64,000 nucleotides of DNA, taken from Pseudomonadota bacterium. Lineage in GTDB: Bacteria > Pseudomonadota > Alphaproteobacteria > Rickettsiales > UBA1997. The position numbers and the translations under genes are program-made. The stretch lies in contig JAGWWH010000001.1 of assembly GCA_018970485.1 (NCBI GenBank), forward strand, positions 79,951-143,950. Direction: 5' to 3'. Positions 42,903-54,000 of the stretch are shown here, in pieces (position 1 is the stretch's first letter; each line of letters begins with the position of its first letter). Below the pieces are notes generated by a model, which was not told the origin of the DNA, searched no databases, and saw only the letters and a program-made list of their open reading frames with translations.

Positions 42903-44771
42903 CTAGCTCAGCAGATTCTTCAGAACTTCAATCGCTTGCGCAATTCCCTCTTTATTCGCGCCACCGCCCATCGCTAAATCTTTTTTTCCGCCGCCGCCTT
43001 TTCCACCGACCGCTTCAACAACGGGCGCGATTAATTTTGCCGCATCAAATTGCAGATTAGCGCTTACAGCCACGGAGACCGCAACCTTCCCATCCTTAAA
43101 TCCAAAAAGTGCAAAAACACAAGAATCTTGGAATTCTTTTTTTGACTTAACGTCGCTCAAAATTTCGCGTACATCTTTCGCTTCTGCATTTTCAAAAAGA
43201 TGAGAAACCAAAGTTACGTCACCGATTTTTTCAGCTTTCAGATTGTCCAAATTGGCGAGAAGAGCTTGTTTTTTCAGACGCTCGATTTCCTTGTCTTTTT
43301 TCTTCAAAATTTCTTCGAGGATTTTTGCATCACCTTCGTCAGCGTGTGAATTATCTGGCTTTGCGCCACCTAAATCAAAAATTTCCTGATTCTTTTTGTT
43401 AATTTTTTCGTAGAGTTCAGAAATAAAATTCTGCGATTTTTCGGCTTGTTGGGCTAAATATTTTTTTACTTCATCACCACTTCTAGCCTCGATTCTTCTA
43501 ATCCCAGAGGCCACAGACTTTTCAGAAATAATTTTAAAAACTTCAATTTCTGAAGTGTTTTTCACGTGAGTTCCGCCGCATAATTCAACCGAAGATCCCA
43601 TTTTTACGACACGAACTTCTGCATCATATTTCTCACCAAACAAGGCTTCTGCTCCACTGTCGCGAGCTGCTTCTAGAGCCATTAAATTGGTATTTACTTC
43701 CGACTTATTTGCGATCCAACCATTCACCAATTCTTCAACTTTTTTGATTTCTTCCGCCGTCATTTGGCGATTAAAATTGAAGTCAAAAGTGAAATATTCG
43801 GCATCAACATTTGAGCCTTTTTGCGAGATCGAATTACCTAAAACTTCTTTCAAAGCCTTGTGCATCAAATGTGTCGCCGAGTGATTCGCTGCGCGGGCTG
43901 CACGAGTTGTTTGATTTACTTCAGCAGTAACCTCATCACCAACTTTTAGATCAATTTTCTGCTTGGCAAAAAAGTGAACAAATAAATTTCCGGCGAATTT
44001 TTTGGTCTCGAAAATTTCTACTCCAGCAATTTTTCCATCATCACCTTTTTGACCGCCGGAAGTAGCGTAGAATGGGGTTTTATCGAGAATTATCGCATCG
44101 TCTAAAATCGCCAAAACTGTCGCTTTTGCGCTCAAGTTTTCGTAACCCAAAAATTTTGTTTCACCGTATTTTTCTTTGAGATCAAAAAAGATTTTTTCCT
44201 CTTTTTCTTCGCCTGAACCAACCCAATTTTTTCTTGCGCGTTCACGCTGCAATTCCATCTCGCGATTGAATTCTTCGACATCAACTTCGAGATTTTTTTC
44301 CTTCAAAATATCTTGCGTGAGATCAAGCGGGAAGCCGTAAGTATCGTAGAGTTTGAAGGCAGTAGCTCCGGAGAATTTCGGCGTCACCCTGAGCTTGTCG
44401 AAGGGTGATTTTTCTTGCCCAGAATCATGCTTCGACAAGCTCGGCATGACTTTGATTTCCTCTTCCAAAATTTTTAAACCCTTCTCCAAAGTTTCGCGGA
44501 ATTTCTCTTCTTCGTTTTTTAGTGTTTCGACGATCGTATCACGAGCCCGCCCCAGCTCTGGATAGGCAACACCCATTTCGTTAATTAGCGCTTCAACAAG
44601 TTTGTACATCGAAACTTCTTTCGCGCCGAGTTTGTGCAATTGGCGCATGGCACGACGCATGATACGACGCAGAACATAACCACGTCCTTCGTTGCTTGGC
44701 ATCACACCGTCGGCGATTAAAAAAGATGAAGAACGTAGATGATCAGCGATGATTTTGAATTCTGCTTTCAT
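42903..44771 (-). CDS. alaS: alanine--tRNA ligase fragment lacking the N-terminal class II catalytic core (tRNA-recognition, editing and C-Ala domains present)
   Basis: 622 aa. It begins at MKAEFKIIADHLRSSSFLIADGVMPSNEGRGYVLRRIMRRA, which aligns to about residue 260-300 of full-length AlaRS. Editing motifs HSATHLMH and CGGTHV and the C-terminal GGKGGGGKKDLAMGGG are intact. The in-frame upstream sequence is repeat/RNase J 3' sequence, not AlaRS. Confidence 0.85.
   Translation of the reverse strand: MKAEFKIIADHLRSSSFLIADGVMPSNEGRGYVLRRIMRRAMRQLHKLGAKEVSMYKLVEALINEMGVAYPELGRARDTIVETLKNEEEKFRETLEKGLKILEEEIKVMPSLSKHDSGQEKSPFDKLRVTPKFSGATAFKLYDTYGFPLDLTQDILKEKNLEVDVEEFNREMELQRERARKNWVGSGEEKEEKIFFDLKEKYGETKFLGYENLSAKATVLAILDDAIILDKTPFYATSGGQKGDDGKIAGVEIFETKKFAGNLFVHFFAKQKIDLKVGDEVTAEVNQTTRAARAANHSATHLMHKALKEVLGNSISQKGSNVDAEYFTFDFNFNRQMTAEEIKKVEELVNGWIANKSEVNTNLMALEAARDSGAEALFGEKYDAEVRVVKMGSSVELCGGTHVKNTSEIEVFKIISEKSVASGIRRIEARSGDEVKKYLAQQAEKSQNFISELYEKINKKNQEIFDLGGAKPDNSHADEGDAKILEEILKKKDKEIERLKKQALLANLDNLKAEKIGDVTLVSHLFENAEAKDVREILSDVKSKKEFQDSCVFALFGFKDGKVAVSVAVSANLQFDAAKLIAPVVEAVGGKGGGGKKDLAMGGGANKEGIAQAIEVLKNLLS
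44383..44450. repeat. palindromic element family A, inserted in frame in alaS
   Basis: gtcaccctgagcttgtcgaagggtgatttttcttgcccagaatcatgcttcgacaagctcggcatgac. Encodes [23 protein letters not shown] between conserved LEEE and TAFKLYDTYGFP. Confidence 0.9.
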
Positions 44772-44791
44772 GCTCGGAAGTAAGTTGCCAA

Positions 44792-44839
44792 CTCCTCTTA
44801 GATCCGCGCCTTCGCGGGGATGGTGGGATGAGAGAGGAG
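44792..44839. repeat. hairpin containing a family B fragment, between the RNase J stop and the truncated alaS start
   Basis: ctcctcttagatccgcgccttcgcggggatggtgggatgagagaggag. Outer arms are ctcctct/agaggag, inner arms ccgcg/cgcgg. Confidence 0.6.
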
Positions 44840-46582
44840 TTAATTTATTAGGTGAATTGCGATCTCTAGTGCTGGCCTTTTGCCCATCAAATCTTCAAGA
44901 ATTTTCAATAATCTTGAGCGCAATGCTTTTTCAATTTCGGAGAAAATTTTTGCCTCTTGAAGTTTTTTATTTTTCTTCTTTTTCAAAAAGCGAAGTCCGA
45001 AGCCGTCATGTAAATCAAGCTCTTTGGCTCTTTGTTTTAGGAAAAATGCGATTTCTTTTTTGATGATTTCTTCGGCATCTCTGTCTGATCTAAAATCGTA
45101 AGAACCAACCGCTGTTAAGTTAATTTTCGACATTGGAACCAATGAGCCATTCACTGCGAATGAGATCATTACTATTCCCGCCATTTGCAGTTTCTTGCGT
45201 TCACGAATCACTTCGCCTTTTAGATCAAGCAATTGCTTGCCGTCGACGCCGAAATAACCAACTTTTACCGAACCAACTGCAACTGAGTTTGAAGGATTTT
45301 CTCCGTCAATTTTTACCGCTAGACCATTTTCAATTTGAATAACGCGCCCTACTCCCGCTTCATCTGCAAGCTCGCAGTGAGATTTAGTGTGAAGGAATTC
45401 TCCGTGAACGGGAATGGCAATTTTTGGTCTTGCCAGTGCGTACATTTCGCGCAACTCATCTTGCGAAGGATGCCCTGAAACGTGGACGAAATGATCTTTT
45501 TCAGTCATTACGTCGATTTGTTTTTTGGCGAGTTCGGCAAAAAGTTCGAAGATTTTTTTCTCGTTTCCGGGAATAATTTTTGAAGAAAAAATCATCAAAT
45601 CACCGCGTGCAAAATGAATGCTTGGGTGAAGATTAGTCGCGATTTTGCGTGTTGCGGCTCTAGGCTCGCCTTGGCATCCAGTGGCGATTACGAGAATTTC
45701 TTTTTTGTCGTAAAACTTCATTTCGCGATCGGAAATAAACTCAAAATCTTCGGTAAAAAATCCGCTTTTTTTACCAACTTCGTGAAGACGGTGCAGAGAA
45801 AATCCTGCAAGTACAACCTTGCGACCCACGTCACGAGCGATGCGAGCGATGGTGTGAATACGAGCAATGTTTGACGCAAAAGTTGTAACGCCAACCAATC
45901 CACTTCTTCCCGCAATTAAACTTTTTAGTGAATCGTAAAGTTCGCCTTCAGAACGGGAATGGCCGGGAGATAGCGAGTTTGTTGAGTCGCAGATCATCGC
46001 GGTAATTTCGCCAGCATCGCCTAAAGCACGAATTTTTTCTTTTTCAGAAACTTCGCCAACTACTGGATTTGGATCGAATTTCCAATCTCCCGTGTGCAAA
46101 ACATTGCCTTTGTGAGTGCGGATCATCAGCGCTTTCATCTCAGGAACTGAATGAGTTAGGCCGATAAAATCGATTTTAAACGGATGAAGATCAAGTTGCT
46201 TTGAGCCATCAATGATGCGGATTGGCACAACTTTATCGAGTTTGTATTCATCCAGCTTTGTGCGTAAAAAATGTGCGCCAAAATTTGTTGCGTAAACTGG
46301 CACGCGTAATTCTTCCCACAAATATTGAACCGCGCCCATGTGGTCTTCGTGGATGTGGGTTAATACGATTCCAAGAAGGTTGTGACGATGTTGTTTAATG
46401 AAGGAAATATCGGCAGTCATCATGTCGACACCAGGAATGTCGTAGGCGAAGCCAACGCCGCAATCGACCATTAACCACTTACCATCGAGATGGTAAAGAT
46501 TGAGATTCATCCCAATTTCATTAGCGCCGCCAAGGGGAAGAAAGAGAAGGTCGGAGTGATGTTTTTTTAGATTAAGTTCCAT
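44840..46582 (-). CDS. rnj: ribonuclease J (metallo-beta-lactamase/beta-CASP)
   Basis: 580 aa. THIHEDHMG (HxHxDH). beta-CASP segments HTGDWKFD and VSGHPSQDEL. Confidence 0.9.
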   Translation of the reverse strand: MELNLKKHHSDLLFLPLGGANEIGMNLNLYHLDGKWLMVDCGVGFAYDIPGVDMMTADISFIKQHRHNLLGIVLTHIHEDHMGAVQYLWEELRVPVYATNFGAHFLRTKLDEYKLDKVVPIRIIDGSKQLDLHPFKIDFIGLTHSVPEMKALMIRTHKGNVLHTGDWKFDPNPVVGEVSEKEKIRALGDAGEITAMICDSTNSLSPGHSRSEGELYDSLKSLIAGRSGLVGVTTFASNIARIHTIARIARDVGRKVVLAGFSLHRLHEVGKKSGFFTEDFEFISDREMKFYDKKEILVIATGCQGEPRAATRKIATNLHPSIHFARGDLMIFSSKIIPGNEKKIFELFAELAKKQIDVMTEKDHFVHVSGHPSQDELREMYALARPKIAIPVHGEFLHTKSHCELADEAGVGRVIQIENGLAVKIDGENPSNSVAVGSVKVGYFGVDGKQLLDLKGEVIRERKKLQMAGIVMISFAVNGSLVPMSKINLTAVGSYDFRSDRDAEEIIKKEIAFFLKQRAKELDLHDGFGLRFLKKKKNKKLQEAKIFSEIEKALRSRLLKILEDLMGKRPALEIAIHLIN

Positions 46583-46586
46583 TTTT

Positions 46587-46663
46587 TAGTGCTTGGTGCT
46601 TCGCGCTTCGTACTTCGTGAGTCGCGGTGTATTTACACACTACGAGGCACGATGCACTAAGCA

Positions 46664-46671
<8 letters not shown>
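46587..46671. repeat. imperfect palindrome, family D (gtgcttggtgcttcg... / ...gcactaagcactaagcac)
   Basis: Arms tagtgcttggtgcttcgcgcttcgtacttcgtga and acactacgaggcacgatgcactaagcactaagcac. Lies between rnj and coaX; the right arm runs into the coaX stop region. Confidence 0.65.
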
Positions 46672-48740
<2,069 letters not shown>

Positions 48741-48821
48741 TATGGCGATAGTTCGGTTGACTTTTCAGGGGGCGGCGCGTTTTATGCGCCGCATTCTTCC
48801 AATTCAATATTCAATTTAAAA

Positions 48822-49118
48822 ATGTCCGGCCAACTCGGTACCGATCCACTGTTTCTGGGTCTTACTCGACCATCAATGCTGTTTGGTGTGAGTTATACTT
48901 TTGCTGCACTTAATGGAATTTTTTCTTTGCTCGCCTTCGTAATTACGGGTAAGTTTTTCTACCTTTTAATCTTGCTTCCCGGCCTTCACATGATCGGCTG
49001 GTTCATCTGTTTAAAAGAGCCTCGCGCCATCGAACTCTTCATCGCCCGCATGTCAAAATGCAATGTTTGCCGCAACAGATATTACCACAGCGGCACCAAC
49101 TCCTACGACGTTTATTAA
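48822..49118 (+). CDS. virB3: type IV secretion system protein VirB3
   Basis: 98 aa from [25 protein letters not shown]... Two TM helices and [13 protein letters not shown], as in the VirB3/TrbD family and Rickettsia RvhB3. Stop overlaps the aspS ATG (TAATG). Confidence 0.8.
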   Translation: MSGQLGTDPLFLGLTRPSMLFGVSYTFAALNGIFSLLAFVITGKFFYLLILLPGLHMIGWFICLKEPRAIELFIARMSKCNVCRNRYYHSGTNSYDVY

Positions 49119-50869
49119 TGCACAAATATCGCTCACATAATTGTTCCGAGCTAAGCAAATCGCATGTCGGACAAACAGTAAAACTTTCCGGTTGGGTTCA
49201 CTCGAAACGTGATCACGGGAGCTTGATCTTCATTGATCTGCGTGACCATTTTGGCATTACGCAACTTGTTACTGATTCACTTGAAAGCATCAAATTGGAA
49301 TCAGTAATCACCGTTACCGGACAAGTCGTTGCGCGCGCTGCCGAAGCAGTTAATCCAAATATCAAAACCGGCGAAATCGAAGTAAAAATTAGTGAATTAA
49401 TTGTTGAATCTGCCGCTGAACAAATCCCATTCCAAATCAACGACAATAACGAATATCCCGAAGAGCTGCGTTTGAAGTATCGCTTCCTTGATCTTCGTCG
49501 CGAAAAAACTCACAAGAATATTGTTCTGCGCAGCCAAGTGATCTCAAGCATTCGCGCCGAAATGACTGCGCAAGGATTTTTGGAAATTCAAACTCCAATC
49601 TTAACCGCCTCATCTCCAGAAGGTGCGCGCGATTATTTGGTCCCTGCCCGCTTGCATCACGGAAAGTTTTATGCTCTTCCGCAAGCGCCACAGCAGTTCA
49701 AGCAGCTTTTGATGGTTTCTGGATTTAACCGTTATTTCCAAATCGCGCCATGTTTTCGTGATGAAGATTTGCGCGCAGATCGCACGCCAGAATTTTATCA
49801 GCTCGACATGGAAATGTCTTTTGTTGAGCAAGAAGATGTCTTCGAAGCAATCGAGCCAGTTCTTAAAACCATCTTCAAAAAATACGGCGTAAAAAAAGCC
49901 TCGGATGAGAAGTTTGTTCGCATCAAGTATGAAGACGCGATGTTGAAATACGGCATCGACAAGCCTGATTTGCGTAATCCAATTTTAATTTCTGACGCGA
50001 CTGAAATTTTCCGCGGCTCAGATTTTTCGATTTTTGCTAAACAAATCGAGCAAGGCGCAACTATTCGCGCGATTCCTGCTCCGAAATGTGCGGCGCAAGC
50101 TAGATCATTCTTTGATAAAATGATCGAATTCGCGCAAGGCAACGGCGCCAAGGGTTTGGCTTACATTATTTTTGATGAGAATGGCGAAGGAAAAGGTCCG
50201 ATCGCGAAATTTTTATCAGCAGAAAAATTAGCTGAATTGAAAAAAACTGCCGGCTTAGAAAATGGCGATGCGGTTTTTTTCTCATGTGGAAAAAAATCCG
50301 AAGCCGCGAAAATCGCCGGCCAAGTGCGTATAAAACTCGGTAATGATTTAAAATTGATCGACGAATCAGTTTACAAATTCTGCTGGATCGTCGACTTCCC
50401 GATGTATGAAATGGATGAAGAAAATGGAAAAGTTGACTTCTCGCACAATCCTTTCTCAATGCCACAAGGAGGTCTTGAAGCCTTGAATTCACAGGATCCA
50501 CTCACCATTAAAGCTTTCCAATATGACATCGTTTGTAACGGTGTTGAATTGTCTTCAGGCGCAATTCGCAATCACAAACCAGAAATCATGTACAGAGCCT
50601 TCGAGCTTGCGGGATATGGTCGCGAAGTGGTTGAAGAAAAATTCGGCGCGATGCTTAACGCTTTCAAATATGGCGCTCCGCCACACGGTGGTATAGCTCC
50701 AGGAATTGATCGAATAGTCATGCTTCTTGCCGATGAACCAAATATTCGCGAAGTAATTCCATTCCCGATGAATGGCAGAGCGCAAGATTTGATGATGAAT
50801 GCGCCAGCTGAAGTTTCTTTGAAACAATTACGCGAATTAGGTCTGGAGTTAAAGAATTTAAAAAAATAA
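49118..50869 (+). CDS. aspS: aspartate--tRNA ligase
   Basis: 583 aa from [43 protein letters not shown]. Class II motifs [17 protein letters not shown] and [14 protein letters not shown]. Confidence 0.95.
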   Translation: MHKYRSHNCSELSKSHVGQTVKLSGWVHSKRDHGSLIFIDLRDHFGITQLVTDSLESIKLESVITVTGQVVARAAEAVNPNIKTGEIEVKISELIVESAAEQIPFQINDNNEYPEELRLKYRFLDLRREKTHKNIVLRSQVISSIRAEMTAQGFLEIQTPILTASSPEGARDYLVPARLHHGKFYALPQAPQQFKQLLMVSGFNRYFQIAPCFRDEDLRADRTPEFYQLDMEMSFVEQEDVFEAIEPVLKTIFKKYGVKKASDEKFVRIKYEDAMLKYGIDKPDLRNPILISDATEIFRGSDFSIFAKQIEQGATIRAIPAPKCAAQARSFFDKMIEFAQGNGAKGLAYIIFDENGEGKGPIAKFLSAEKLAELKKTAGLENGDAVFFSCGKKSEAAKIAGQVRIKLGNDLKLIDESVYKFCWIVDFPMYEMDEENGKVDFSHNPFSMPQGGLEALNSQDPLTIKAFQYDIVCNGVELSSGAIRNHKPEIMYRAFELAGYGREVVEEKFGAMLNAFKYGAPPHGGIAPGIDRIVMLLADEPNIREVIPFPMNGRAQDLMMNAPAEVSLKQLRELGLELKNLKK

Positions 50870-50901
50870 TTTTCGCGAAAATCTTTCAAAAAAACTCCCC
50901 C

Positions 50902-50989
50902 GCCTGCGTGATGGAATGGTAGACATAACGGACTTAAAATCCGTGGAGCTTTATCGCTCTTGCCGGTTCAAGTCCGGCCGCAGGTACCA
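50902..50989 (+). tRNA. tRNA-Leu (anticodon UAA), class II with long variable arm, CCA encoded
   Basis: Folded by hand. Acceptor GCCTGCG/CGCAGGT (G1-U72 wobble). 3-bp D stem ATG/CAT. Anticodon stem ACGGA/TCCGT with loop CTTAAAA. 17-nt variable arm. T arm GCCGG-TTCAAGT-CCGGC. Discriminator A plus CCA. Confidence 0.9.
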
Positions 50990-51014
50990 GCTCTCCCAAT
51001 AGTTCAGTAACTGC

Positions 51015-54000
51015 ATGAGTTTTACCAAAAAAATAGCACAGTTTTTAGCGCTGATTTTTTTGGCCTTACCACTTTTTTCCTGCAAGGAAGGTTGTGTTGC
51101 CGCTGATGAATTTGACTCCCAGTCAATAACAATCGAATCACTCCCTGATCAAATATACGGAAGTTACGATCCGATTAATGGCGGCCAAAGAGTCGATTGG
51201 AAAAATACTGAATTAAGAGTTAACGGCTTGCCTTTATTGATGCAGATCTCGGGATCATGGTCTTCTTTGCAGGGTGGCAGCAGTGGAAGTCAGGGTATCC
51301 TCGATAGACTACCTCGCTGCAACATATGTACAAAAAGAGATCCGGCGGATAATTGCATATGCCGCTGGGATCAAGAACCAGAGCCAGAACTCGCTCCCTC
51401 CGGAAATCCTTACACCTTGGATGCTGATGGAAACACCCTCAACTGCGCCAGTAATGCAGATCACCAAGATGACGCGCTGAGATGCACTTGCACAAAACAA
51501 CATGGGAAGGCGACTGATTATGGCTTGTATCACTTTCCGCGAGACCTTCTCAATAAAGACGAAACGGTCAAACTTCCGGATCAACAAAATAACTGTAAAT
51601 ACGATCGAGGTTTAGGCGCCTACATGTCTTTGTGGGGATCTAATGGCGTTACAACTCCTTTAAGAGCTTATCACTTATATTCGGAAGAGTCGGTTTGTAA
51701 CATCACGCTTAACTCCGATGGAGAGTGTATTGATTCGCAGGGCAGAGACAGAACTCGCTGGATCTTCCGCAGCGCCAACAGACTTCCTTTCATGAAGGAT
51801 GATAATAGCGGAAATACAGACATTGATTTAAACACCGTAGATGACGTTTATCACTCAGCCAATGAGCAGCTTAAAACGATCATGTATGACCAATATTATC
51901 GCGATAATTACGGTAGCTACAATGTGCAGATTTTTGGTGGAGTAGGCAAATCTAAGTTTTCCGGCATTCTGGAAAGTTTGGTGGGTTTGGTTGAAGACTC
52001 TATTCTTGGTAAAGTTGGTGATGATGGCAAAAGAGAGGGCGGAATTTTACGCTCGATGTATCAATCAATCGTTACCGATTCTGGCTTCGCACAAATATTA
52101 CAAATCTCTCTCGCTTTATACATCGCGATCTTTGGTGCTGCCCATATTTGGGGATTGGCCGAAATGAATAAAAAAGAAATCTTTGGTCGGGTGATAAAGA
52201 TTGGTCTGATCATGCTTTTTGTTAGCCCCACAAGTTGGGAATTTTACAACACTTTTATCGTCGGATTCTTCAAAGATGGCTTAGATTACCTAGTTGGAAT
52301 ATTCATGACTTTAACCGACTCAAACATCGAGCAGACCTCGATGATTAAGGTCTCTCAAATGGATCGAGTCACCGATAGCAGCAGTGCCACGCGTTTTGCT
52401 TACGTAGATCTCATCATTCGCAATCTAATGTCGGAAGCGGTTTCGAAGAAAATAATATCCCTCTTCTTTACCAACTTCTTTGGCTGGTTCTACATCATCG
52501 CCATCTACCTACTCATATTTTTCTTCATCAGCGTAATGCTCTACGTAGCACTGATCTACGTTGTTAACTACCTGATGAAGATTGTTTTTGTGATGTCGAT
52601 TGGGCCAATATTTATAATTTTTTCTCTCTTCAAAAAAACATCGGGATATTTCCGTAATTGGCTCAGTTACATCGCCGCGAGATCTTTTGAGATGCTGGTG
52701 CTTTTCATCGTGCTTTATTTATTCGTGACGATCATCGACAAAAACTTTAACGAAATGTTGCTCTACAATGCCTGCGCTGAACCTTGGGGATTGGGGCCTT
52801 TGAAGATGATGGTTTTGAAATCTGATGTTGATCGCGGCCTCGCTCAATGGCTTCTTTATTTTGTCACAATATTCGGGCTTATTTTTATCATGCTGCAAGT
52901 GATAGAGCAGGTTCCGCGCCTTTCTGGCTCACTCTTCACCATTAATATTGGCGATGAAAAAGCTGACGGTGGTTACGGTTATGGTGGTGCTGATTTCTAT
53001 ACTGATAATAAGGGATATGCCTCAAAAAGTATTGCCGGCTCGATTGCTGCAGACTTTAAGCCAGTTCAAGATTTTGCCTTAGCGACTTCGACATCTTTGT
53101 TTGGACGCGTCGGAAGTGGTGTATTCTACGGCGGACTAAGAGCAATAAATGCTTTAGGAGACATCACTGGATTCAACTCTGTTTACAAATCGACGACATA
53201 TCGAGGCGGAATTGCTGGTAACTTTATGGACGACAAATTCAAAGCCGCATTGGAAAAAAATTCTGGTAATGAAGATGGGGCAAGAGACGCCTTCAATTCT
53301 GAGATGAGAGATTTGTTAAAAACAGATCCATTAAAAATGGCTGCTGTCGGCATCAATGAAAGATCAATCTCCGAATTCTTGGATGAAAAACTAATCAGAG
53401 ATCCTCTAAGAAATTTCCTGAAAGAAGAGACAAAAAGAATGAAAAAAATGCCCGCCGACCAAATTCCAATTGGTGAGGCCGATGTCTCTGATTACTTAAA
53501 GCGTAAAGCTGATGAATGGACTAAAAAGAACTTATCCCAATCATCTGCAAAAAGAGCTTCCGAAATCATGAGAGAGAAAGGCATAAGAGAGCTCATGAGA
53601 AATCAAGGAACTCTAAATGCCAAAGAAGCCAAAGAAGCCTTTGCGGGCAATAAAGCTTTGGAAGACAAATTCCGAGCCGATCTCGCCAACCGTCAATTCG
53701 CAGAAAAACAAAAAGGGGATAATGCTTGGAAGAATCCGGTCTCCGTAGGTCTAAAAAGATTGCTTAAAAACGCTTACCGCAGATCGGTTGGAGACCCATT
53801 CCACAATCCTGGAATGGTCTTAAAATCTTTTGAAAAAGGACGTCTGGACTCTGATACAGGAAATCTTGGCGCGATGCGTTCTTATTTGAGAGAATCTGGT
53901 GCTCCAATCGATACAACGGGAATGAATGCAAGCTCAAGAAGAGCGGCCGAAAGACAAAATGAAAGAAATCAATTTTTCAAAGATCAGCTGCGTAAATCAG

